A stretch of DNA of 64,000 nucleotides, taken from assembly GCA_964016885.1 (NCBI GenBank), contig OZ024741.1, positions 12,648,001-12,712,000 of the forward strand. The letters run 5' to 3'. Below are positions 18,001 to 36,000 of the stretch, in pieces. How positions within the stretch are numbered: the first letter of the stretch is position 1; the number at the start of each line of letters is the position of its first letter. Under the pieces are notes generated by a model. It saw nothing but the letters and a program-made list of their open reading frames with translations, had not been told where the DNA came from and ran no database searches. Source of the DNA: Eledone cirrhosa (taxonomy: Eukaryota). The position numbers and the translations under genes are program-made.

Positions 18001-21000
18001 CACACATCTACAGAGTTACATACACACACATCTACTGACATTGATATACACACATCTACGGAGTTACATACACACACATCTACTGTGTTACATACACACA
18101 TCTACTGAGCCACATACATACATCTACTGAATTACATACACACACATCTACTGAGTTACATACACACGCATCTACTGAGATACATACACACATCTACTGA
18201 ATTACATACACGCACATTTACTGAGTTACATACACACACATCTACTGAGTTACATACACACACATCTCCTAAGTTACATACACACATCTACTGAATTACA
18301 TACACGCACATTTACTGAGTTACATACACACACATCTACTGAGTTACATACACACACATCTCCTAAGTTACATACACACATCTACTGAGTTACATACACA
18401 CACATCTACTGAGTTACATACACACATATCTACTGAATTACATACACACATCTACTGAGTTACATACACGCACATCTATTGAGTTACATACACACACATC
18501 TACTGAGATAGATACACACACATCTACTGAGTTACATACATACATCTACTGAGTTACATACACTCACATCTACTGAGTTACATACACTCACATCTACTCA
18601 GTTACAAACACACATATCTACTGAGTTACATACACACACATCTACTGTGTCACATACACACACATCTACTGAGTTACATATATACATCTACTGAATTACA
18701 TACACACACATCTACTGAGTTACATACACACACATCTGCTGAGTTACATACACACAGATCTAGTGAGTTACATACATACATCTACTGAGTTACATACACA
18801 CATATCTACTGAGTTACATACACACACATCTACTGAGTTATATACACACACATCTACTGAGTTACATACACACACATCTACTGAGTTACATACACTCACA
18901 TCTACTGTGTTTCATACACACATATCTCCCTAGTTGCATACACACATATACTGAGTAACAAACACACACATCTACTGAGTCACATACATACACATCTACT
19001 GAGTTACATACACACATCTACTGAGTTACATACACACACATCTACTGAGTTACACACACATCTACTGAGTTACATATACACACATCTACTGAGTTGCATA
19101 CACACATCTACTGAGTTACATATACACACATCTGCTGTGTTACATACACACACCTCTACTGAGTCACATACATACACCTACTGAGTTACATACACAGATC
19201 AACTGAGTTACATACACATACATCTACTGAATTACATACATACACATCTACTGAGTTACATACACACGCATCTACTGAGTTACATACACACATCTGCTGA
19301 GTTACATACACACACATTTACTGAGTTACATACACACACATCTACTGAGTTACATACATACACATCTACTGAGTTACATACACACACATCTACTGAGTTA
19401 CATACACACACATCTACTGAGTTACATATACACACATCTACTGAGTTACATATACACACATCTACTGAGTTACATACACACATCTACTGAGTTACATACA
19501 CGCACATCTATTGAGTTACATACACACACATCAACTGAGATACATACACACATCTACAGAGTTACATACACACACATCTACTGACATTGATATACACACA
19601 TCTACGGAGTTACATACACACACATCTACTGTGTTACATACACACATCTACTGAGCCACATACATACATCTACTGAATTACATACACACACATCTACTGA
19701 GTTACATACACACACATCTCCTAAGTTACATACACACATCTACTGAATTACATACACGCACATTTACTGAGTTACATACACACACATCTACTGAGTTACA
19801 TACACACACATCTCCTAAGTTACATACACACATCTACTGAGTTACATACACACACATCTACTGAGTTACATACACACATATCTACTGAATTACATACACA
19901 CATCTACTGAGTTACATACACGCACATCTATTGAGTTACATACACACACATCTACTGAGATAGATACACACACATCTACTGAGTTACATACATACATCTA
20001 CTGAGTTACATACACTCACATCTACTGAGTTACATACATTCACATCTACTCAGTTACAAACACACATATCTACTGAGTTACATACACACACATCTACTGT
20101 GTCACATACACACACATCTACTGAGTTACATATACACATCTACTGAATTACATACACACACATCTACTGAGTTACATACACACACATCTGCTGAGTTACA
20201 TACACACAGATCTAGTGAGTTACATACATACATCTACTGAGTTACATACACACATATCTACTGAGTTACATACACACACATCTACTGAGTTATATACACA
20301 CACATCTACTGAGTTACATACACACACATCTACTGAGTTACATACACTCACATCTACTGTGTTTCATACACACATATCTCCCTAGTTGCATACACACATA
20401 TACTGAGTAACAAACACACACATCTACTGAGTCACATACATACACATCTACTGAGTTACATACACACATCTACTGAGTTACATACACACACATCTACTGA
20501 GTTACACACACATCTACTGAGTTACATATACACACATCTACTGAGTTGCATACACACATCTACTGAGTTACATATACACACATCTGCTGTGTTACATACA
20601 CACACCTCTACTGAGTCACATACATACACCTACTGAGTTACATACACAGATCAACTGAGTTACATACACATACATCTACTGAATTACATACATACACATC
20701 TACTGAGTTACATACACACGCATCTACTGAGTTACATACACACATCTGCTGAGTTACATACACACACATTTACTGAGTTACATACACACACATCTACTGA
20801 GTTACATACATACACATCTACTGATTTACATACACACACATCTACTGAGTTACATACACACACATCTACTGAGTTACATATACACACATCTACTGAGTTA
20901 CATATACACACATCTACTGAGTTACATACACACATCTACTGAGTTACATACACGCACATCTATTGAGTTACATACACACACATCAACTGAGATACATACA

Positions 21001-24000
21001 CACATCTACAGAGTTACATACACACACATCTACTGACATTGATATACACACATCTACGGAGTTACATACACACACATCTACTGTGTTACATACACACATC
21101 TACTGAGCCACATACATACATCTACTGAATTACATACACACACATCTACTGAGTTACATACACACGCATCTACTGAGATACATACACACATCTACTGAAT
21201 TACATACACGCACATTTACTGAGTTACATACACACACATCTACTGAGTTACATACACACACATCTCCTAAGTTACATACACACATCTACTGAGTTACATA
21301 CACGCACATCTATTGAGTTACATACACACACATCTACTGAGATAGATACACACACATCTACTGAGTTACATACATACATCTACTGAGTTACATACACTCA
21401 CATCTACTGAGTTACATACACTCACATCTACTCAGTTACATACACACATATCTACTGAGTTACATACACACACATCTACTGTGTCACATACACACACATC
21501 TACTGAGTTACATATATACATCTACTGAAATACATACACACACATCTACTGAGTTACATACACACAGATCTAGTGAGTTACATACATACATCTACTGAGT
21601 TACATACACACATATCTACTGAGTTACATACACACACATCTACTGAGTTATATACACACACATCTACTGAGTTACATACACACACATCTACTGAGTTACA
21701 TACACTCACATCTACTGTGTTTCATACACACATATCTCCCTAGTTACATACACACATCTACTGAGTTACAAACACACACATCTACTGAGTCACATACATA
21801 CACATCTACTGAGTTACATACACTCACATCTACTGGGTTACATACACACACATCTACTGTGTTACATATAGACACATGCACTGAGTTACATACACACACC
21901 TCTACTGAGTTACATACACACATCTACTGAGTTACATACACACACATCTACTGAGTTACATGAATGCATCTACTGAGTTACATTCACACACATCTACTGA
22001 GTTACTTACACACACATCTACTGAGTTACATACACACACATCTACTCAGTTACATATACACATATGTACTGAGTTACATACACACAAATCTACTGAGTTA
22101 CATACACACGCACCTACTGAGTTACTTACACGCACACAAATACTGAGTTACATATACACACATCTACCGAGTTACATACACATATCTACTGAGTTACATA
22201 CACACACACAACTACTGAGTTACATACACACATCTACTGAGTTACATACACGCACATCAACTGAGATACATACACACATCTACAGAGTTACATACACAGA
22301 CATCTACAGAGTTACATACACACACATCTACTGAGTTACATACACTCACGTCTACTGTGTTAAATAAACATATCTACTGAGTTACATACACACATATCTA
22401 CTGAGTTACATACACACAGCTACTTACTTACATACACACATCTACTGAGTTACATACATACACATCTATTGAGTTACATACACACACATCTACTGAGTTA
22501 CATACACACATCTACAGAGTTACATACACACACATCTACTGAGCCACATACATACATCTACTGAATTACATACACACACATCTACTGAGTTACATACACA
22601 CGCATCTACTGAGATACATACACACATCTACTGAATTACATACACGCACATTTACTGAGTTACATACACACACATCTACTGAGTTACATACACACACATC
22701 TCCTAAGTTACATACACACATCTACTGAGTTACATACACGCACATCTATTGAGTTACATACACACACATCTACTGAGTTACATACACACACATCTACTAA
22801 GTTACATACACACATCTACTGAGTTACATACACACATCTACTGAGTTACATACACACACATCTACTGAGTTACACACACATCTATTGAGTTACATATACA
22901 CATATCTACTGAGTTGCATACACACATCTACTGAGTTACATATACACACATCTGCTGTGTTACATACACACATCTCTACTGAGTCACATACATACACCTA
23001 CTGAGTTACATACACACATCAACTGAGTTACATACACATACATCTACTGAGTTACATACACACACATCTACTGAGTTACATACACACACATCTACTGTGT
23101 TACATACACACATCTACTGAGTCACATACATACATCTACTGAATTACATACACACACATCTACTGAGTTACATACACACGCATCTACTGAGTTACATACA
23201 CACATCTGCTGAGTTACATACACACACATCTACTGAGTTACATACACACACATCTACTGTGTTACATACATACACATCTACTGAGTTACATACACACACA
23301 TCTACTGAGTTACATACACACACATCTACTGAGTTACATACACACACATCTACTGAGTTACATATACACACATCTACTGAGTTACATATACACACATCTA
23401 TTGAGTTACATACACACAAATCTACTGAGTTACATACACACACATCAACTGAGATACATACACACATGTACAGAGTTACATACACACACATCTACTGACT
23501 TTCATATACACACATCTACTGAGTTACATACACACACATCTACTGTGTTACATACACACACCTTTACTGAGTCACATACATACACCTACTGAGTTACATA
23601 CACACATCTACTGAGTTACATACATACACATCTACTGAGTTACATACACACACATCTACTGAGTTACATACACACACATCTACTGTGTTACATACACACA
23701 TCTACTGAGTCACATACATACATCTACTGAATTACATACACACACATCTACTGAGTTACATACACACGCATCTACTGAGTTACATACACACATCTGCTGA
23801 GTTACATACACACACATCTACTGAGTTACATACACTCACATCTACTGTGTTACATACATACACATCTACTGAGTTACATGCACACACATCTACTGAGTTA
23901 CATACACACACATCTACTGAGTTACATATACACACATCTACTGAGTTACATATACACACATCTACCGAGTTACATACACACAAATCTACTGAGTTACATA

Positions 24001-27000
24001 CACACACATCAACTGAGATACATACACACATGTACAGAGTTACATACACACACATCTACTGACTTTCATATACACACATCTACTGACTTTCACACACACA
24101 CATCTACTGACTTACATACACAAACATCTACTGAGTTACATACACACACATCTACTGTGTTACATACACACATCTACTGAGTCACATACATACATCTACT
24201 GAATTACATACACACACATCTACTGAGTTACATACACACGCATCTACTGAGTTACATACACACATCTACTGAATTACATACACGCACATTTACTGAGTTA
24301 CATACACACACATCTACTGAGTTACATACAAACATATCTACTGAGTCACATACACACATCTACTGAGTTACATACACGCACATCTATTGAGTTACATACA
24401 CACACATCTACTGAGATAGATACACACACATCTACTGAGTTAAATACATACATCTACTGGGTTACATACACACACATCTACTGAGTTACATACACACACA
24501 TCTACTGAGTCCCATACATACATCTACTAAATTACATACACACACACCTACTGAGTTACATACACACACATCTACTGTGTTACATACACACACATCTACT
24601 GAGTTACATACACACATCTACTGAATTACATACACGCACATCTACTGAGTTACATACACACACATCTACTGAGTTACATACACACACATCTCCTAAGTTA
24701 TATACACACATCTACTGAGTTACATACACACACCTCTACTGAGTTACATATACACATCCACTGAGTTACATACACGCACATCTACTGAGTTACATACACA
24801 CACATCTACTGAGTAACATACACACAAAATTACTGATTTACATACACACACATCAACTGATATACATACACATTTCTGCAGAGTTACATACACACACATA
24901 TACTGAGTTACATACACACACATCTACTGAGTTACATACACACACATCTACTGAGTTACATACAAACATCTACCGAGTTACATACACACACATCTATTGA
25001 GTTATATACATACATCTACTGAGTTACATACACACACATCTACTGTGTTACATACACACACACATCTACTGCGTTACATACCTACATCTACTGAGTTACA
25101 TACACACACATCTACTGAGTTACATACACACATCTACTGAGTTACATACACACACATCTACTGAGTTACATACACACACATCTACTGAGTTACATACACA
25201 CCTCTACGGAGTTACATACACACATATCTACTGAGTTACATATACACATATCTACCGAGTTACATACACATATCTACTGAGTTACATACACGCACAGAAC
25301 TACTGAGTTCCATGCACACTACTACTGAGTTACATACACTCACATCTACTGAGTTACATACACTCACATCTACTGAGTTACATACACACACATCTGCTGA
25401 GTCACATACATACATCTACTGAATTACATACACACACATCTACTGAGTTACATACACACAAATCTACTTAGTTACATACACACATTTAACGAGTTACATA
25501 CAGACATATCTACTGCGTTACATACACACACACAACTATTGAGTTACATGCACACATCTACTCAGTTACATACACTCACATCTACTGAGTTACATACACT
25601 CACATCTACTGAGTTACATACACTCACATCTACTGAGTTACATACACACACATCTACTGAGTTACATACACACACATCTACTGAGTTACATACACACACA
25701 TCTACTGTGTTAGATACAAACACATCTACTGAGTTACATACACACATCTACTGAGTTACAAACATACATCAACTGAGTTACATACACGCACATCTACTGA
25801 GTTACATACATACATCTAATGAGTTACATACACACACATCTACTGAGTTACATACATACATCAACTGAGTTACATACATACATCAACTGAGTAACATACA
25901 CGCACATCTACTGAGTTACATACATACAGCTACTGAGCTACATACACACACATCTACTGAGTTACATACACACACATCTACTGAGTTACATACACACACA
26001 TCTACTGAGTTACATACACACACATCTACTGAGTTACATACAAACACATCTACTGAGTTACATACACACATCTACTGAGTTACATACATACATCAACTGA
26101 GTTACATACACGCACATCTACTGAGTTACATACACACACATCTACTGAGTTACATACAAACACATCTACTGAGGTACATACACACAAAACTACTGATTTA
26201 CATACACACACATCAACTGATATACATACACACTTCTACAGAGTTACATACACACACATCTACTGAGTTACATACACACACATCTACTGTGTTACATACA
26301 AACACATCTACTGAGTTACATACACACATCTACTGAGTTACATACATACATCAACTGAGTTACATACACGCACATCTACTGAGTTACATACATACATCTA
26401 CTGAGTTACATACACACACATCTACTGAGTTACATACATACACCTACTGAGCTACATACACACACATCTACTGAGTTACATACACACACATCTACTGAGT
26501 TACATACACACACATCTACTGTGTTACATACACACACATCTACTGAGTTACATACACACACATCTACTGAGTTACATACACACAAAACTACTGATTTACA
26601 TACACACACATCAACTGATATACATACACACTTCTACAGAGTTACATACACACACATCTACTGAGTTACATACACACACATCTACTGTGTTACATACAAA
26701 CACATCTACTGAGTTACATACACACATCTACTGAGTTACATACATACATCAACTGAGTTACATACACGCACATCTACTGAGTTACATACATACATCTACT
26801 GAGTTACATACACACACATCTACTGAGTTACATACATACACCTACTGAGCTACATACACACACATCTACTGAGTTACATACACACACATCTACTGAGTTA
26901 CATACACACACATATACTGAGTTACATACACACACATCTACTGCGTTACATACACACATCTACCGAGTTACATACACACACATCTACTGAGTTACATACA

Positions 27001-30000
27001 CACATCTACCGAGTTACATACACAGACATCTACTGAGTTATATACATACATCTACTGAGTTACATACACACACATCTACTGTGTTACATACACACACACA
27101 TCTACTGCGTTACATACCTACATCTACTGAGTTACATACACACACATCTACTGAGTTACATACACACATCTACTGAGTTACATACACACACATCTACTGA
27201 GTTACATACACACACATCTACTGAGTTACATACACACCTCTACGGAGTTACATACACACATATCTACTGAGTTACATATACACATATCTACCGAGTTACA
27301 TACACATATCTACTGAGTTACATACACACACACAACTACTGAGTTCCATGCACACTACTACTGAGTTACATACACTCACATCTACTGAGTTACATACACT
27401 CACATCTACTGAGTTACATACACACACATCTGCTGAGTCACATACATACATCTACTGAATTACATACACACACATCTACTGAGTTACATACACACATTTA
27501 CTGAGTTACATACAGACATATCTACTGCGTTACATACACACACACAACTACTGAGTTACATATACACACATCTACCAAGTTACATACACATATCTACTGA
27601 GTTACAAACACACACACAACTATTGAGTTACATGCACACATCTACTCAGTTACATACACTCACATCTACCGAGTTACATACACACACATCTACTGAGTTA
27701 CATACACACATCTACCGAGTTACATACACACACATCTACTGAGTTATATACATACATCTACTGAGTTACATACACACACATCTACTGTGTTACATACACA
27801 CACACATCTACTGCTTTACATACCTACATCTACTGAGTTACATACACACACATCTACTGAGTTACATACAAACATCTACTGAGTTACATACACACACATC
27901 TACTGAGTTACATACACACACATCTACTGAGTTACATACACACCTCTACGGAGTTACATACACACATATCTACTGAGTTACATATACACATATCTACCGA
28001 GTTACATACACACACATCTACTGAGTTACATACACACACATCTACTGAGTTACATACACACAAAACTACTGATTTACATACACACACATCAACTGATATA
28101 CATACACACTTCTACGGAGTTAGATACACACACATCTACTGAGTTACATACACACACATCTACTGAGTTACATACACACACATCTACTGAGTTACATACA
28201 CACATATACCGAGTTACATACACACACATCTACTGAGTTATATACATACATCTACTGAGTTACATACACACACATCTACTGTGTTACATACACACACACA
28301 TCTACTGCGTTACATACCTACATCTACTGAGTTACATACACACACATCTACTGAGTTACATACACACATCTACTGAGTTACATACACACACATCTACTGA
28401 GTTACATACACACACATCTACTGAGTTACATACACACACATCTACTGAGTTACATACACACCTCTACTGAGTTACATACACACACATCTACTGAGTTACA
28501 TACACATATCTACTGAGTTACATACACACACACAACTACTGAGTTCCATGCACACTACTACTGAGTTACATACACTCACATCTACTGAGTTACATACACA
28601 CACATCTACTGAGTCACATACATACATCTACTGAATTACATACACACACATCTAGTGAGTTACATACACACACATCTACTGAGTTACATACACACATCTG
28701 CTGAGTTACATACACACACATCTACTGAGTTACATACACACACATGCACTGAGTTACATACATACACATCTACTTAGTTACATACACACACATCTACTGA
28801 GTTACATACACACACATCTACTCAGTTACATATACACACATCCACTGAGTTACATACACACACCTCTACTGAGTTACATACACACATCTACTGAGTTACA
28901 TACACGCACATCTACTGAGTTACATACACACACATCTACTGAGTTACATACACACACATCTACTGTGTTACATATACACACATCTACTGAGTAACATACA
29001 CACAAATCTACTGAGTTACACACACACACATCAACTGAGATACATACACACATCTACAGAGTTACATACACACACATCTACTGACTTACATGTACACACA
29101 TCTACTGAGTTACATACACACACATCTACTGAGTTACATACACACATCTACTGAGTTACGTACACACATACAACTATTGAGTTACATATACACATATCTA
29201 CTTAGATACATGCACACATCTACTGAGTTACATACATATACTTCTACTGAGTTACATACACTCACATCTACTGAGTTACATACACTCACATCAACTGAGT
29301 TACATACACACATATCTACTGAGTTTCATACACACACATCTACTGAGTTACATACACACACATCTACTGTGTCACATACACACACATCTACTGAGTTACA
29401 AACATACATCTACTGAATTACATACACACAGATCTACTTAGATACATACACATATCTACTGAGTTACAAACACACACACAACTATTGAGTTACATGCACA
29501 CATCTACTCAGTTACATACACTCACATCTACCGAGTTACATACACACACATCTACTGAGTTACATACTCACACATCTACTGAATTACATATACACACATC
29601 TACTGAGATACATACACACATCTACAGAGTTACATACACACACATCTACTGAGTTACATACACACACATCTACTTAGTTACATACACACATTTACTGAGT
29701 TACATACACTCACATCTACTGAGTTACATACACTCACATCTACTGAGTTACATACACACACATCTACTGAGTTACATACACACACATCTACTGAGTTACA
29801 TACACACACATCTACTGTGTTACATACACACACATCTACTGAGTTACATACACACACATCTACTGAGTTACAAACACACACACAACTATTGAGTTACATG
29901 CACACATCTACTGAGTTACATACACTCATATCTACTGAGTTACATACACTCACATCTACTGAGTTACATACACTCACATCTACTGAGTTACATACACACA

Positions 30001-33000
30001 CATCTTCTGAGTTACATACACACACATCTACTGAGTTACATACACACCCATCTACTGTGTTACTTACACACACATCTACTGAGTTACATACACACATCTA
30101 CTGAGTTACATACATACATCAACTGAGTTACATACACACACATCTACTGAGTTACATACATACATCAACTGAGTTACATACATACATCAACTGATATACA
30201 TACACACTTCTACAGAGTTACATACACACACATCTACTGAGTTACATACACACACATCTACTGAGTTACATACACACACATCTACTGAGTTACATACACA
30301 CATCTACCGAGTTACATACACACACACATCTACTGAGTTACATACACACATCTACCGAGTTACATACACACACATCTACTGAGTTACATACACTCACATT
30401 TACTGAGTTACATACACACACATCTACTGAGTCACATACATACATCTACTAAGTTACATACACGCATATCTACAGAGTCACATACATAGATCTACTGAGT
30501 TATATACACACACATCTACTGAGTTACATACACACACATCTACTGAGTTACATACACACCTGTACTGAGTTACATACACACATATCTACTGAGTTACATA
30601 CACACACATTTTCTGAATTACATATACACACATCTACTGAGTTACATACCTACATATACTGAGTTACATACACACATCTACAGAGTTACATACACACACA
30701 TCTACTGTGTTACATACACACACACCTACTGAGTTACATACACACATCTACAGATTTCCATACACTCACATCTACTGAGTTACATACACACACATCTACT
30801 GAGTTACATATACACGCACATCTACTGAGTTACATACACTCACATCTACTGAGTTAAATACACACATATCTACTGAGTTACATATACACACATCTACCGA
30901 GTTACATACACATATCTACTGAGGTACATACACACACACAACTACTGAGTTACATGCACACATCTACTGAGTTACATTCACTCACATCTACTGAGTTACA
31001 TACACTCACATTTACTGAGTTACATACACACACATCTACTGAGTCACATACATACATCTACTAAATTACATACGCACACATCTACTGAGTTACATACACA
31101 CGCATCTACTGAGTTACATACACACACCTACTGAGTTACATACACGCATATCTACAGAGTCACATACATAGATCTACTGAGTTACATACACACAAAACTA
31201 TTGAGTTACATACACACACATCAACTGAGATACATACACACATCTACAGAGTTACATACACACACATCTACTGAGTTACATACACACACATCTACTGGGT
31301 TACATACACACATCTACTGAGTTACATACACACAGATCTAGTGAGTTACATACATACATCTACTGAGTTACATACACACACATCTACTATGTTACATACA
31401 CACACACATCTACTGAGTTACATACACACACATCTACTGAGTTACATACACACATTTACTGAGTTACATACACACACATCTACTGTGTTACTTACACACA
31501 CGTCTATTGAGTTACATACAAACATCTACAGAGTTACATACACTCACATCTACTGAGTTACATACACACATCTACAGAGTTGCATACACACACATCTACC
31601 GAGTTACATACACATATCTACTGAGGTACATACACACACACAACTACTGAGTTACATGCACACATCTACTGAGTTACATGCACACATCTACTGAGTTACA
31701 TACACTCACATCTACTGAGTTACAAACACACACATCTACTGAGTCACATACACACGCATCTACTGAGTTACATACATACACATCTACTAAATTACATACA
31801 CACACATCTACTGAGTTACATACACACGCATCTACTGAGTTACATACACACATCTGCTGAGTTACATACACACACATCTACTGAGTTACATACACACATC
31901 TACTTAGTTACATACACACATCTACTGAGTTACATACACACACATCCACTGAGTTACATACATACACATCAACTTAGTTACATACACACACATCTACTGA
32001 TTTACATACACACATCTACTGAGTTACATATACACACATCTACTGAGATACATAAACACATCTACAGAGTTACATACACACATCTACTTACTTACATACA
32101 CACACATCTACTAAGTTACATACACACATCTACTGAGTTACATACACACACATCTACTGAGTTACATACACACATCTACTTAGTTACATATATACATCAA
32201 CTGAGTTACATACACGCACATCTACTGAGTTACATACATACATCTACTGAGTTACATACACACACATCTACTGAGTTACATACACACATCTACTGAGTTA
32301 CATACACACACATCTACTGTGTTACATACACACACACCTACTGAGTTACATACACACATCTACAGAGTTACATACACTCACATCTACTGAGTCACATACA
32401 CACACACATTTACTGAGTTACATATACACGCACATCTACTGAGTTACATACACACACATCCACTGAGTTTCATATACACACATCTACTGAGCTACATACA
32501 CACATCTACTGTGTTACATACACACATATATACTGAGTTACATATACACACATATACTGAGTTACATACACACACGTCTACTGAGTTACATACACACACA
32601 TCTACTGAGTTACATATACACAAAAACTGAGTTGCATACACACACTACTGAGTTCCATACACACATATATACTAAGTTACATACACACACAAATACTTAG
32701 TTACATATGCACAAAAACTGAGTTACGTACACACAAAAACTGAGTTACGTACACACATATCTACTGAGTTACATACACACATATCTACTGAGTAACGTAT
32801 ACACACATATACTTAGTTACATACACACATCTACTGAATTACATACACACATATCTACTGAGTTACATACACACATCTACTGAGATATATACACATGTCT
32901 ACTGAGTTACATACACACACATCTACTGAGTTACATACACACATCTACTGAATTTACATACACACACATCAACTGAGTTACATACACACATATCTACTGA

Positions 33001-36000
33001 GTGACATATACACACATCTACTGAGTTACATGCACACACATCTACTGAGTTACATACATACACATCTACTGAGTTACATACACACACATCTACTGAGTTA
33101 TATACATACATCTACTGTGTTACATACACACATATATACTGAGTTACATATACACACATCTACTGAGTTACATACACACATCTACGGAGTTACATACACA
33201 CACATCTACTGAGTTACATACACACACATCTACCGAGTTACATACACAGATTCACTGAGTTACATACACACATCTACTGAGTTACATACACACATCTAAT
33301 GAGTTACATACACACATATCTACTCAGTTACATACACACATCTACTGATTTACAAACACACACATCTACTGAGTTACATATGCACACACATCTACTGAGT
33401 TTCATAGACACACATCTACTGAGTTACATACACACATCTACTGAGTTACATACACACATCTACTGAGTTACATACACACATCTACTGAGTTACATACACA
33501 CACATCTACGAAGTTACATACACACACATCTACTGAGTTACATACACACACATCTACTGAGTCACATACACACACATCTACTGAGTTACATACACACATC
33601 TAGTGTGTTACATACACACATGTCTACTGAGTTACATATACACACATCTACTGAGTTACATACAAACACATCTACTGAATTACATACACACACATCTACT
33701 GAGTCACATACACACACATCTACTGAGTTACATACAAACATCTACTGTGTTACATAGACACATATATACTGAGTTACATATACACACATATACTGTGTTA
33801 CATACACACACCTACCGAGATACATACACACACATCTACTGAGTTACATACACACATATCTACTGAGTTACATACATACACCTCTACTGAGTTACATACA
33901 CACACATCTACTGAGTTACATACACACACATCTACTGAGTTATATACATACATCTACTGTGTTACATACACACATATATACTGAGTTACATATACACACA
34001 TCTACTGAGTTACATACACACATCTACGGAGTTACATACACACACATCTACTGAGTTACATACACACACATCTACCGAGTTACATACACAGATTCACTGA
34101 GTTACATACACACATCTACTGAGTTACATACACACATCTAATGAGTTACATACACACATATCTACTCAGTTACATACACACATCTACTGATTTACAAACA
34201 CACACATCTACTGAGTTACATATGCACACACATCTACTGAGTTTCATAGACACACATCTACTGTGTTACATACACACACTTCTACAGAGTTACATATACA
34301 CACATCTACTGTGTTACATACACATATATCTATTGAATAACATACACATATCTACTGAGTTACTTACACGCATCTACTGAGTTGCATACACACATATACT
34401 GAGTTACATACACACAGCTACTTCGTTACATACACACACGACAACTGAGTTACATACACACAGTTCTACTGAGTTACATAGACACAACAAATGAGTTACA
34501 TACACACAACTACTGAGTTACATAAACACACGTACTGAATTCCATACACACACAACTACTAAGTTACATAGACACACATCTACTCAGTTACATTCACAAA
34601 CTTCTACTGAGTTACATACACAGACAACTACTGTGTTACATATGAACAACAACTGAGTTACATACACACATCTACTGACTTACATGCGCACATATCTACT
34701 GAGTTACATATACACATATATACTTAGTTACATACACACATCTACTGTGTTACATACACAAATATCTAATGAGTTACATACACACATCTATTGAGTTACA
34801 TACACACACATCTACTGAGATACATACACACATATATACTGAGTTACATACCCATATCTACTGAGTTACATACACACATCTACTGAGTTACATACCCACA
34901 CATCTACTGAGTTATATACACACACATCTCCTGAGTTAAATACAACCTTGTACTGAGTTACATACACACACACATGTACTGAGTTACATACAGACACATC
35001 TACTGAGTTACATACAGACATCTACTAAGTTACATACACACATCTACTTAGTTACATACACACATATCTACTGAGTTACATACACACACATCTACTGAGT
35101 TACATATACACAATCTACTGAGTTACATACACACACATCTACTGAGTTACATACACACACATCTAGTGAGTTACATACACACATGTATACTAAGTTACAT
35201 ACGAACATCTACTGAGTTACATACACACATCTACTGAGTTACATACCCACACATCTACTGAGTTACATACATACATCTACTGAGTTACATACACATATCT
35301 ACAGAATTACATACACACACATCTACTGAGTTAACATATACACACATCTACTTTGTTATATAAACACATATCTACTGCGTTACATACACACACATCTACT
35401 GAGTTACATATGCACACATCTACTGTGTTACATACTCACATATCTACTAAGTTACATACACACATCTACTGAGTTACATACACACACATCTACTGAGTTA
35501 CATACACAGATCTACTGAGTTACATACACACACATCTACTGAGTTACTTACACACATCTACTGACTTACATACACACATCTACTGAGTTACATACCCACA
35601 CATCTATTGAGTTAACATATACACATCTAATTTGTTATATAAAACACATCTCCTGAGTTACATACACACATCGACTGAGTTACATACACACATCTACTGA
35701 GTTACATACACACATCTACTGAGTTACATACACACACATCTACTGAGTTACATACACACACATCTACGGAGTTACATACACACACATCTACTGAGTTACA
35801 TACACACACATCTACTGAGTCACATACACACACATCTACTGAGTTACATACACACATCTAGTGTGTTACATACACACATGTCTACTGAGTTACATATACA
35901 CACATCTACTGAGTTACATACAAACACATCTACTGAATTACATACACACACATCTACTGAGTCACATACACACATATCTACTGAGTTACATACAAACATC

